A stretch of DNA of 64,000 nucleotides, from NCBI GenBank assembly GCA_963727805.1, contig CAVSHF010000003.1, positions 736,001 to 800,000 of the forward strand, written 5' to 3'. Positions 54,769 to 63,753 of the stretch are shown piece by piece. A model generated the notes under the pieces. The model made no database searches, was not told where the DNA came from, and saw only the letters and a program-made list of their open reading frames with translations. The position numbers were made by a program, and so were the translations under genes. Each line of letters starts with the position of its first letter. The first letter of the stretch is position 1. The DNA comes from an uncultured Nitrospiraceae bacterium (GTDB taxonomy: Bacteria > Nitrospirota > Thermodesulfovibrionia > Thermodesulfovibrionales > Dissulfurispiraceae).

Positions 54769-55019
54769 GCTCAAAGCTGAGTTGCCAATTCGCTTACTGT
54801 AGTTGTTGTGTGCACTCCTTTTCATGATCCTCCAGATAATGGCAACAGCTAACCGAGGCACAGGGCAATTCCCCTTCCGGTGGTGGCCTCCGGGAGAAGC
54901 ACCACCGGAGTGCGGCCAAACCAGAAAGAGATAGTAGCATTGCCAGCAGTCCCACGCCGGCCAGCATAATAACTAGGCAGCTACCACTAGCTGCCCTGCC
55001 ACTATCAGAAGCCTGATCG

Positions 55020-55514
55020 TTACTGACCGTGCCTTACACATAACCCACTTACTGTTATCTTCCCCTTATTAGATCCCTTTTTTGTATTAAATTTGCGCAA
55101 CACCGCATCTCGACGCTCTTTGACTCGAAGTTCCAAAATAGATATTGTCGTATCCACCCTTTCTTTTGAAAAGGATTGCTCAAGTAACGAAAGGTTCATG
55201 TTGACACGATATAGCAAATCTTCCAACGGTTCAGGTTCTTGCTTGGAGAGTACTTCATCCAAGGTCTTCCAGCCCATTGCACAGTCAATATCATCAAATT
55301 GATAATACCTATCAGGAAAAATAATTGAGGCCATTTCCAAGAAATCCTGCCCGCGATCCCCGACAAATCTAAAAATTAACGAGCCACATTGAAAAACAGC
55401 CACTGCATTGCCAAAGCTGTGCTTGTCATACTCATGCGACAATAGCCGCATGCCTTCTAACCCCTGGTTATGCATTGAATTTATTATTTTATCTACAAAT
55501 GGGTTTATAGTCAC
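55020..55514 (-). CDS. Hypothetical protein (array gene)
   Basis: 164-aa ORF containing SFGN...RFVGDRG. Confidence 0.6.
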   Translation of the reverse strand: MTINPFVDKIINSMHNQGLEGMRLLSHEYDKHSFGNAVAVFQCGSLIFRFVGDRGQDFLEMASIIFPDRYYQFDDIDCAMGWKTLDEVLSKQEPEPLEDLLYRVNMNLSLLEQSFSKERVDTTISILELRVKERRDAVLRKFNTKKGSNKGKITVSGLCVRHGQ

Positions 55515-55622
55515 GAGAAATTTGCCTCTGCTGCAATTATGTCAATGCATGCGGTATTGTCGAAGTAGACGGTAAAATGTTTGAATCTATCAGTTCCCCC
55601 CCTGAGCCCTTGAATGAGGCTG

Positions 55623-55994
55623 TTACAAAGTCATTATTTTCACTTTATTCGAAACAATCCTTATTCTATTAGTGCAAGCTCTACCACTGCCAAAGAGTCG
55701 GAGAGTATACTGTTGGAATTTGCGGTCAGCAAAGACTATTTCTTTTTGCAGCACACGGTCAATTGAGCCTGCACCGATATTATCTATGACATCATTGAAA
55801 TCGATCTTCTTGCTGATATTTTGGACATTGTGAAATTCCGCCCGAACTTTCTGTCTTTTAGCTGCCCAACCCGTACCAGGGTAAATTTCTGCTTCTATTA
55901 CTATTTTCGTTTTATCTTTCTTTGCGATGGGAAAGATATAACAAATACTAACAATATTGCCATCATGCCAGTAAGGTAGTGATATTTGTTTCAT
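55623..55994 (-). CDS. Hypothetical protein (array gene)
   Basis: 123-aa ORF with N-terminal WHDG. Confidence 0.6.
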   Translation of the reverse strand: MKQISLPYWHDGNIVSICYIFPIAKKDKTKIVIEAEIYPGTGWAAKRQKVRAEFHNVQNISKKIDFNDVIDNIGAGSIDRVLQKEIVFADRKFQQYTLRLFGSGRACTNRIRIVSNKVKIMTL

Positions 55995-56070
55995 TATTCT
56001 TATTTATAACGATTAATATATTGAAGTCCTTTTCATCTTCTGCAACTATACCATAATATTTCGGGACTTT

Positions 56071-56128
56071 CTACTTATAATCTCGATCGCGCCATCCGGA
56101 GTGAAGACGCGATATTTCTAGCGGAAAT
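56071..56128. repeat. Two-box repeat, copy B
   Basis: CTACTTATAATC-N29-ATATTTC-TAGCG-GAAAT. Confidence 0.8.
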
Positions 56129-56137
56129 GCTCAGGGA

Positions 56138-56614
56138 TTATTGTTGGTTGCCCGTCTTTTTTTCTTTGTGGTTAACCACACGAGTCTGTGCAATTCTATC
56201 ATGAAGTGTCCTTTTTTCGGGATCGAAGAAAGCCATAATATACCCTGAAAATAGTAGTACGGCACTAATGATTTCTGCCAAGAAGCGGTAAAGCGCTGAA
56301 CCAAAGGGAACCGGCTCACCTGATGCCATTACGACTTTAATCTTTAGGATGCGTTTCCCGACGGTCATGCCGGATTTAGAAACCATAATCGTTGAATAGA
56401 GGCAGGCACCGATAATTTGCAGTAATATAAACGAACCTATCATCATCATGAAACGCTCGTATGAATTAACCGAGGCCTGGAGACTATTTGTGGCAAAGCC
56501 TATCGTGGCAATAAATGCGAGCAGTGGATAAATTACAGCTATGATACAGGTATCTATTGCTTTTGCAATTAATCTACGACCAATTCCTGCATATTCAAAT
56601 TGATTCGAATCCAA
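56138..56614 (-). CDS. RDD family membrane protein
   Basis: YAGIGRRLIAKAID, GMTVGK and LHDRIAQTRVV motifs. Confidence 0.9.
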   Translation of the reverse strand: MDSNQFEYAGIGRRLIAKAIDTCIIAVIYPLLAFIATIGFATNSLQASVNSYERFMMMIGSFILLQIIGACLYSTIMVSKSGMTVGKRILKIKVVMASGEPVPFGSALYRFLAEIISAVLLFSGYIMAFFDPEKRTLHDRIAQTRVVNHKEKKTGNQQ

Positions 56615-56715
56615 TTATTATTCCTTATTTATGCTTACCGATAAATATACGAAATCCGCTATTCCCATCTTACTGCAACTATATCACAATATTACATCGG
56701 AACTAATCGTAGCTT

Positions 56716-56773
56716 CTACTTAAAATCTCGATGGCGGCAGTCGTAGTCAAGACACTATGTTTCAGTCGGAAAT
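56716..56773. repeat. Two-box repeat, copy C
   Basis: CTACTTAAAATC-N29-ATGTTTC-AGTCG-GAAAT. Confidence 0.8.
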
Positions 56774-56840
56774 CAATTATATCTTGTGTCTAAAATCAAG
56801 TGGTACGTTTTCAGAGCAGAGATCCGTTTCTGGTCTACCT

Positions 56841-57275
56841 TCAGTTTGTGCTTGTTTCATATTTTGAGATAATAGTCTTTAATAAATCTATTTTAGGATG
56901 TTCGGGATTGTGTTGTGCCAAGGCTGAATATAGCGCATATAAAAAGGAGGCTTTTGAATATCTTTGTTTTTCAAAGATGCGTAGATTATAATCTTCTGAC
57001 TTCATCAATATTTGCAAAGAAAGAAGCCCTCGGTCAATAGCATTCTCAAAATTGTTTTGTCTCATGTAATGACCAAACAGTTCTTCAGTGGCGATCTGAT
57101 AAGTTAAATCATCAGGATATTTTTCGTTCAGGGTCAAAACTTTTTCAAGATAATATATTGCGGAAGTGAAATCGCCGCGATCTCTGCTTCGAAAAGATTT
57201 TCCGAGGAAACGCGCGGCCTTGAATCGTGAATAAAAAGCCTTAATGGAACCGACAAATGCGCTCATTCTTTTCAC
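56841..57275 (-). CDS. Helical TPR-like protein (array gene)
   Basis: GDFTSAIYYLEKVL and NNFENAI TPR-like helices. Confidence 0.55.
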   Translation of the reverse strand: MKRMSAFVGSIKAFYSRFKAARFLGKSFRSRDRGDFTSAIYYLEKVLTLNEKYPDDLTYQIATEELFGHYMRQNNFENAIDRGLLSLQILMKSEDYNLRIFEKQRYSKASFLYALYSALAQHNPEHPKIDLLKTIISKYETSTN

Positions 57276-57309
57276 TATAGCACACCTTCATGAACAGAAC
57301 TAATAGTAA

Positions 57310-58005
57310 CTACTTATACTCAACACCCTGGGAGCACAGCGCATTACTCGATGGTCGAGTAGGCCGGTGGAATCGCACCACCAGCCCCTCACAGATTCCG
57401 TACGTGAACCTCTCGATTCATACGGCTCGTGTCAATCATCAAGTTGAGTCTTTGCAGTCTCAACCATACACATTGAGCGATAGTTCCTCCTGGTCACCCA
57501 GTTGACTGGTACTCTTTGTGGATTGACCCATCCCCTTCCCTCCACGGCTTATTATCACCGCTTCATCGGTACTATTGGACGGTCCGACCCCTTCACCTGC
57601 ATCGATACTTTCCCCCTTCGTTTGCACTTATAGGGTTTTCTCTTAGCATCAGATGAAGAGTTCCCGCGTTCCACACAGGAGCCTAGATCAGCTTCATGCC
57701 GCCTCTATGCCGGACGCCGTTCAGGCAGTAAACAGGTATCTCCTGAACTAATCCTGATGCAAAGTAAGAACATCAGTTTTGACGTCGTCCTTTTCCTTTC
57801 GACACCTCATCAGCGGTTCGCTTACGCTCATCTCTCTGATCCATCCCTGACACGATCTAGTCGTGCCTTTTCCTTTAACGCTCACCACCGGAGCCTTTCG
57901 ACTACAGCAGCTTAAGGTGGGTTGAAGCCTGCTCCTGCAAGCCGGCTTCGAGGGGCCAACCCTCATCTTCCTGTGCAGCCTCGTGGCGCACTTTCTTCCG
58001 GAATT
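57310..58005. repeat. Two-box repeat, copy F, split by the group II intron
   Basis: CTACTTATACTC-N29-ATG | intron | TTTC-TTCCG-GAATT. Confidence 0.75.
57354..57991 (-). mobile_element. ORF-less group II intron, copy 2 (638 nt)
   Basis: Same sequence as 7310-7947 with different flanks; GTGCG...CTCGAC ends. Confidence 0.92.
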
Positions 58006-58149
58006 CATTAAAGACACTTGGTTCATGCACTACCAGCAACCTTGTTTTCGAATTTCCAAAAAGTATGGTGAGTGTCGCTTGTGCGTCTTTAAGCGTGATA
58101 ACAAGATTCCTCAGATAATTGATAGTCAGTATACACGTTTACAAATGCT

Positions 58150-58527
58150 CTAAGGGCAAATACCTATGCAACTAGCACCAGTCAGGCTAGCATTTGAAAT
58201 TATCTTTTTCACAAACTCCAGATACTCAGGTGAAGAAATATCGATCCCGATACCGACAGTTTGTACTCCATTAACAAGGCACTTTGTGTGCCTCTTTACA
58301 ATTCCCTCAAATATAGACCGATCATCTTTGATTGTCAGTGTCAGTGTCAGTGTAACAGGAGTCCCTATAGGTGGAGGCATGCGTCTTGGAATAAGAACAC
58401 CGTGTTTTGAAATATCGATAGTTCTCATTTCATAGGTCATACCGTCATATTCTAATAGTGCACTAAGTCTCCTATCGTACCTCGGACTTCTTCTCTTCTC
58501 CGAACCACCAAACCGTCCCTTTGTCAT
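58150..58527 (-). CDS. PilZ domain protein
   Basis: EKRRSPR and DISKHG motifs. Confidence 0.8.
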   Translation of the reverse strand: MTKGRFGGSEKRRSPRYDRRLSALLEYDGMTYEMRTIDISKHGVLIPRRMPPPIGTPVTLTLTLTIKDDRSIFEGIVKRHTKCLVNGVQTVGIGIDISSPEYLEFVKKIISNASLTGASCIGICP

Positions 58528-58995
58528 AACCCTGTCATCTCCGTATTCATTTACTGCTGATTCATTACTATAAAGATATTGTCTCCTAATCGGCTTTGGT
58601 TATCAAGGAGAATTTACAATTAATTGGGGAAAAGTCTTACTTTCTTTATGTTCGGTGATGTGTGTCACGAATGACACCCACAAAATTACCCTTGGGAGGA
58701 GACAACCCTGAGCCGCTGTTTGCCTGAGAGAAAAGTATCAGAAGTTCAAATGCGTATTTTTCGGCGTTTAAGGACACCCATTCCGGATCATCGCAGCACC
58801 ATATCGGACAGTTCATGAGGGCCCCAACCAATCACGTCTAATTTCCTTAGAAGCGAATCAGCTTGTGGAGATTCTCTCTGTGGGGTTCACTTGATACCCA
58901 GCGCTTCATCCTTCTTGCCAAGAATGTTCATTACGAACGTAACTATCGAAATTAGATTCTCAATAACTACTCCTACGCATCAAATATGGTATAAC

Positions 58996-59150
58996 CAAGT
59001 TATGGACGGTTGTTAACCGCTCATAAAGGGGCAGGAGGACGTTAACTACAGGGTCATTGAATCCTTTTATCAGTCAGTCCCCTGTCTCCCAAAAGCCATG
59101 ATAAGTTGATAGGGCTAAGAGCTCTTGTAAACATGGAGATATGGTTGGGA
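58996..59150 (+). ncRNA. Predicted IS110 bridge RNA
   Basis: TGGTATAAC extended -10, then a 5' hairpin and two stem/internal-loop domains (59028-59089 and 59096-59136) in the non-coding left end. Confidence 0.65.
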
Positions 59151-59189
59151 GGCATCCTGCCTAAGATCCTATGTGGGAGGTGCTTGGAA

Positions 59190-60386
59190 ATGAGCAAAGC
59201 ATTCATTGGCATCGATGTGTCAAAAGAGCATTCGGCTGCCCAAGGCATCGATAGTGACGAAAAGAAGCTTTTTTACTTAAGGTTTTCGATGGACTCAGCA
59301 GGGTTTGCAGAGCTTCGGACTGCGATTAAAAGATGCGCTGTGAACCTGGATGATATTGCTGTTGCGATGGAGTCCACCGGCTGTTATCATATCAACCTCT
59401 TTTCCTTCCTATGTGCGGAGGGACTTCGTTGTGTGGTAGTAAATCCGCTTCTAATATCCAAGTTTGTTCAGGGGTCATTGAGAAAGACCAAGACAGATAA
59501 GAAGGATGCGATGACCATAGCGCAGTTTCTTCTGAACAATGAAAAGAAGCTTTACTCCGTGACCGAGTCCCAGGATGCACAGGATCTCAGGGATCTGGCC
59601 AGAGAACGGGAGTCTCAATCATGGATGATTGCAACACTGAAGAATGACCTCAAAAGGTTGCTGCAGAGCACTTTCCCTGAGTTTGAGACACTCCGCAAGA
59701 ATATTTACACTAAGACGATGCTGAACTTTCTTACGCAGTATCCTTCGGCCAGATTAATACGGGAGGCAAAGAGAAAAGATATCGACAAAGCGCTCATCTG
59801 TCCCGGGGAGAAGCGAAAGAGAGTACAGATTAGTGCTGACGATCTTATCAATGCGGCAAAGCGTTCGGTGGGCTCAGCTGGTATAGCAAAGGAGCTTATT
59901 GTCTCTGAGAAAGCAACAACGATCCTATACCTTGAGGAAAAGTGTGAGAAGATTACCGAGGAATTGGTGGATGCGTGTGAGGCAACACAGATCGAAGATC
60001 TTGAGATAATGAAGACTCTCGATGGAGTGAAAGACATTACTGGATCGACCTTTTTAGCAGAGATGGGAGAGCTATCCAATTACAAGTCATATAAGAGTTT
60101 GATAGCTTTTATGGGGCTTGATCCATCTACCAATCAGTCAGGGCAGCATGTGGGGCCAAGCAAAATATCGAAACGAGGGAATCGTCATCTGAGGCGAGTC
60201 ATCCATATAATGACAATGTGTTCAATAAAGTCTGACAATATATTCAGACAATACTATCTTAGAAGGATAGCCGAAGGATTGCCTAAGATGAAGGCATTAA
60301 TGGCGACATCTCACAAACTGATCAGAGTGATCTTCTCTATGCTTTCACATAGAACGACTTTTAAAAAGGAGGTGGCTGCTGCATAG
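59190..60386 (+). CDS. IS110-family recombinase/transposase
   Basis: IGIDVSK, AMESTG and KTDKKDA (DEDD); GLDP...QSG...ISKRGN; GGAGG RBS. Confidence 0.95.
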   Translation: MSKAFIGIDVSKEHSAAQGIDSDEKKLFYLRFSMDSAGFAELRTAIKRCAVNLDDIAVAMESTGCYHINLFSFLCAEGLRCVVVNPLLISKFVQGSLRKTKTDKKDAMTIAQFLLNNEKKLYSVTESQDAQDLRDLARERESQSWMIATLKNDLKRLLQSTFPEFETLRKNIYTKTMLNFLTQYPSARLIREAKRKDIDKALICPGEKRKRVQISADDLINAAKRSVGSAGIAKELIVSEKATTILYLEEKCEKITEELVDACEATQIEDLEIMKTLDGVKDITGSTFLAEMGELSNYKSYKSLIAFMGLDPSTNQSGQHVGPSKISKRGNRHLRRVIHIMTMCSIKSDNIFRQYYLRRIAEGLPKMKALMATSHKLIRVIFSMLSHRTTFKKEVAAA

Positions 60387-60391
60387 TTGAC

Positions 60392-60445
60392 TTATAATCG
60401 TGAGTGCGCCCAAAACGTTCAGGATGCTATGTTACGAATGGTAAT
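60392..60445. repeat. Two-box repeat, copy D, right part (left CTAC at 58973-58976)
   Basis: TTATAATC-N29-ATGTTAC-GAATG-GTAAT; the spacer resembles copy A. Confidence 0.8.
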
Positions 60446-60902
60446 GTTTAAAGTGGAGCTTCGCCTCTTCAGGGGTATAATAAGCACGAAGTATTCCGGA
60501 AATCACAAGGTCCCCCAATAATTCCACGGGCACTGCTTGTCCGACAGAAACGCACTCTCTATGAAAATTGTCACCTGCAAGAAACTGAATTTCGCCATGC
60601 CTTTCAATTTGAATCGCCCCGATCTTGTGAACAATACGTCCCTCTGGCAACACTTCTTTGAGAATGGGAGCAATCGTTTGCGGTGTCAGCGGTATTACAA
60701 TAAATCTACTGTCTTCATTCCATTCGCGTGTGAAGGGCGGTAGGACATTTTCAATGACGCCTGGAATAGTTCCGAAGTGCATCTCGCTCATTGCTTCTAT
60801 ATCGCCTTCAAGTGCAATGTGCGCATCTCCAGCAAGCATGCGCATAAGAGCGGTTAAGAGTGCTGGCTTATCTCTTGGATCGAGGATATAAGCTTTCTTC
60901 AT
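60432..60902 (-). CDS. Hypothetical protein (array gene)
   Basis: 156-aa ORF with IALEGD and GDNFHREC; ATG 10 nt after TGCTATAGT. Confidence 0.65.
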   Translation of the reverse strand: MKKAYILDPRDKPALLTALMRMLAGDAHIALEGDIEAMSEMHFGTIPGVIENVLPPFTREWNEDSRFIVIPLTPQTIAPILKEVLPEGRIVHKIGAIQIERHGEIQFLAGDNFHRECVSVGQAVPVELLGDLVISGILRAYYTPEEAKLHFKHYHS

Positions 60903-60951
60903 TTTTTCTGAAACTATAGCATACTTTTCTCACCAGAACGAATGGTAGCTC

Positions 60952-61009
60952 CTACTTAAAATCAACATCGTGGGGACACGTCTCATTGTACAATGTTTCT
61001 ACCTGAAAT
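60952..61009. repeat. Two-box repeat, copy E
   Basis: CTACTTAAAATC-N29-ATGTTTC-TACCT-GAAAT. Confidence 0.8.
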
Positions 61010-61100
61010 AGAGAGGCGTACCCTATAATCAGCAACAACCCCTGTATTTAAGAATTTTGGGATATTGAAATTCCAAACAAGATCTAAGGCCGCCGGGAAA

Positions 61101-62615
61101 TTACTCAACATCGTACCTTTTCATCCAGTTTGAGAGCGTCTGGTAATTTGGGAGGCCCAGGAGTTTGGCCATTTCAGTCTTGTTCTTGCCAGCCTCTTCA
61201 GAGGCGCGTTTCAGATAGTGGCGGGCTACATCCGACATAAGGGCTGCAAGGCTGAACCCGCTCCCCAGGCTGCGGTTGAGAATTCTGCCTTTGCCCTTTT
61301 CAGTGCTGCTCAGAGGAAACAGTGCAGCGCGTATATCATCGGCCTCAATTGTCCGGCCGGGCGTCCATATCGCTGCCCGTGAAATAGTGTTGAAAAGCTC
61401 GCGGATGTTTCCAGGCCAAGGATGTTGCTGTAGAATATGCCTAGCTCCCGCGGAAAAGGTTTTTCTCTCCCAGCCCGGTTTGCCCTCGAATTGCCCATTT
61501 ATTTTTATAAGGATATCGTCGATCAGTGGACTGATATCACCGCGCCGTTCGCGCAGTGGAGGCAGCTGCAGCACTCCCACTGCTATGCGATGGAACAGGT
61601 CCTCCCTGAAGCGGCCCGAAAAAACCTCCTCTATAAGGTTGCTGTTGGTTGCCGCGATAATCCTTACATCGATGTCCTGGCATTTACTGGATCCCACCTG
61701 CGTGACTACGCCCTCTTCTATGGCACGCAAGAGTTTCACTTGGGCCAATAGTGGGAGCTCTCCGATCTCATCAAGAAATAACGTACCTTCGTTGGCCTCG
61801 ATAAAATGGCCGTCACGCGCGCTCGACGCCCCCGTAAATGCTCCTTTAGTATGCCCGAAGAACTCCGATTCAACCAGTTCCGGAGGGATAGAACCGCAGT
61901 TGACTGCAACAAAGGGCTTATCGTATCTCGGACTCGATGTGTGTATTGCCCGTGCGAAAAGCTCTTTGCCAGTCCCGGATTCTCCCTGGAGAAGGACTGG
62001 CACATCGTGTACAGCAAGTCTTCGAGCCTGTGCAATAACCCTTTCCATGGCCTTGCACCGATGGATTATGGAAGCGAATTCAGGCGACTCAGGCGGCAGC
62101 CCACGGGTCATCTTCAGGATTTCATCATCCGGATACCGGGACTCGTCATTGCCATTTGAAGCGGTTATATCGAAGGGCAATGAAACGGTTCGGACACCGT
62201 ATTTTCGTGAAGTCTGGATGATCTCAGCGGGATGGACTGTTTTTGACAAAAGTATCCATGCTGCCACCATGGCGAGTGATCCGGAGCTCAGATGGAATGT
62301 CTTGCGGAGGGATTTTTCCCCGAGTCTGCGGTTCACATCTCTTATAGCTGAGACAGCAGCATCATAGGTTTCCTTGAACTGATCATAAGCAGACAGATCG
62401 ACATGGTATTTCATGACCTTGATCCGGGTCACTGACTTGAGCCAGTCAATATATCCTTGCTCCTCTTCTTCAGCGAAAACGGACAGCAGGACGATATGTG
62501 TAAAGGGCCGATTAGTCAAGGCTTCCCCGATCGGCCCCAGATTTTCTCCGTGTTTTCTCCCGCAAGCGGCGAGATCGTTTTTACCGATCCAGGCAAACAA
62601 GACGTTGTTCTTCAT
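61101..62615 (-). CDS. Sigma54-interacting AAA+ regulator with RtcR/CARF-like N-terminus
   Basis: GESGTGKE, GAFTGA, WPGNIREL and C-terminal HTH; N-terminal AWIG..DL and HLSSG. Confidence 0.85.
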   Translation of the reverse strand: MKNNVLFAWIGKNDLAACGRKHGENLGPIGEALTNRPFTHIVLLSVFAEEEEQGYIDWLKSVTRIKVMKYHVDLSAYDQFKETYDAAVSAIRDVNRRLGEKSLRKTFHLSSGSLAMVAAWILLSKTVHPAEIIQTSRKYGVRTVSLPFDITASNGNDESRYPDDEILKMTRGLPPESPEFASIIHRCKAMERVIAQARRLAVHDVPVLLQGESGTGKELFARAIHTSSPRYDKPFVAVNCGSIPPELVESEFFGHTKGAFTGASSARDGHFIEANEGTLFLDEIGELPLLAQVKLLRAIEEGVVTQVGSSKCQDIDVRIIAATNSNLIEEVFSGRFREDLFHRIAVGVLQLPPLRERRGDISPLIDDILIKINGQFEGKPGWERKTFSAGARHILQQHPWPGNIRELFNTISRAAIWTPGRTIEADDIRAALFPLSSTEKGKGRILNRSLGSGFSLAALMSDVARHYLKRASEEAGKNKTEMAKLLGLPNYQTLSNWMKRYDVE

Positions 62616-62672
62616 ATGGAAATCATATACAAACTTTCTTGTATTTTACAAGATATTTTATCAAAGTAATCC

Positions 62673-63074
62673 CTATTCATTGTCGCTATCTTGAGGCTTT
62701 ATCTTTTCAATTATATGCGGCATCAATTCCGACAACCTATCTGACCACGCTTTTTTACTGCTGAGGGCATATACGTCAAGCTCACCCTGTTTATTGACAC
62801 TTAATAGGGCTACTGGGGAAACCTTAAGTCCACCGCCGGTACCTCCTCCTTTTCCCTCGCCCTTGCATTGGCCATTCACCCCCCTTTTTTCGTCCTTGCC
62901 CCCGCCTTCACCCTCGCCCATAAAGCCTCCGCCGGCGACCCCCAGACTAATCTCAAAGAGAGGCACTATGGTCTTATCGTTTATGACTATCGATGTACCA
63001 ATGACAGTTTCTTTTACCGTAGTCCCCTCAAGTTTGCTAAAAAGTGTTTCAATCAGCATCTTCACATGTTCCAT
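62673..63074 (-). CDS. GerW/YtfJ family protein
   Basis: TVIG....TIVP...LG.AGGG...GGGTGGG..VSPVA. Confidence 0.8.
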   Translation of the reverse strand: MEHVKMLIETLFSKLEGTTVKETVIGTSIVINDKTIVPLFEISLGVAGGGFMGEGEGGGKDEKRGVNGQCKGEGKGGGTGGGLKVSPVALLSVNKQGELDVYALSSKKAWSDRLSELMPHIIEKIKPQDSDNE

Positions 63075-63753
63075 TCTTTCTTCCTCCCTTTATACAAGCA
63101 ATTAAAAATGTCGTTCCCCGGCGTGATAACAGAAATCCCAGAAGAATAAGCATCAGGCTTCCAATAACAATCCGAAATCCCAAAATACCCTCGGCAAGAT
63201 ACCGCTCTCGCTCAAAATCAGGTTCAATGTGTATGGGGAAGGGTATTGTGGCTAGCCCGGCCGCCAAAATGCCGACGCAGAGCCCGGTTTCCGCCGGATT
63301 TCCAAATCCTAGAGTGAAGTTCACCTGTACAGATGGAGAAAAGCTTCTATGTATTTTGCGCACCAGACTAATCAACAAAGGGATATGCTGCAAAACGGAC
63401 GATACCATTTCTGCCGTGAGATGTGATCGCCTGTTGAAATATTTGCGCCTCCTATTTCCCCCCGAATTTTTTCTAAAAAGTAAGATGGGTTTTCCACCCA
63501 ATAACACGATAATCTCCTTGGGGACTCGGTTGTATTTGACAACTGTAATGCCCCACATCCAAGTTATCGCGAGGTCTCCCGCCAACTTACCGTCGAAGAC
63601 TGCCTTTAAGGTTATTCGGAAAGGCACAAAAAGTATGGTGACGATTACGATCGCAAGGGGAATCAAAAACGCAATGGCCATAGCTCGGACCGAATCATAT
63701 CCAAGAACCAGATTTATAAACACAGGTCCGATCACGTTCTTTCTATTTCTCAA
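63049..63753 (-). CDS. DUF2953 / YtfI-like membrane protein (start uncertain)
   Basis: LGFGNPAETG and IEPDF motifs; adjacent to the GerW/YtfJ gene. Confidence 0.65.
   Translation of the reverse strand: MRNRKNVIGPVFINLVLGYDSVRAMAIAFLIPLAIVIVTILFVPFRITLKAVFDGKLAGDLAITWMWGITVVKYNRVPKEIIVLLGGKPILLFRKNSGGNRRRKYFNRRSHLTAEMVSSVLQHIPLLISLVRKIHRSFSPSVQVNFTLGFGNPAETGLCVGILAAGLATIPFPIHIEPDFERERYLAEGILGFRIVIGSLMLILLGFLLSRRGTTFLIACIKGGRKNGTCEDAD

Larger units (their letters stand above)
58977..60391 (+). mobile_element. IS110-family element (about 1415 bp) inserted in box 1 of repeat copy D
   Basis: Flanks ...CCTAC | and TTGAC | TTATAATC share an AC core; removing the element restores CTACTTATAATC-N29-ATGTTAC-GAATG-GTAAT. 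Confidence 0.8.

Noticed and set aside
54856..54912. GCACAGGGCAA plus hairpin as a c-di-GMP riboswitch
   Set aside because: Only about 10 nt resemble the motif; the downstream conserved segments are absent.
58333..58353. (TGTCAG)3 repeat in the PilZ gene as a phase-variation site
   Set aside because: In-frame 6-bp unit with only three copies; a change in copy number would not shift the frame.
54711..61009. Repeat interpreted as CRISPR, attC, dif or a coding fragment (TYNRE...DAML)
   Set aside because: Units are 0.6-1.4 kb apart with genes between them, there are no cas genes, no attC or dif geometry, and copies C and E have an in-frame stop.
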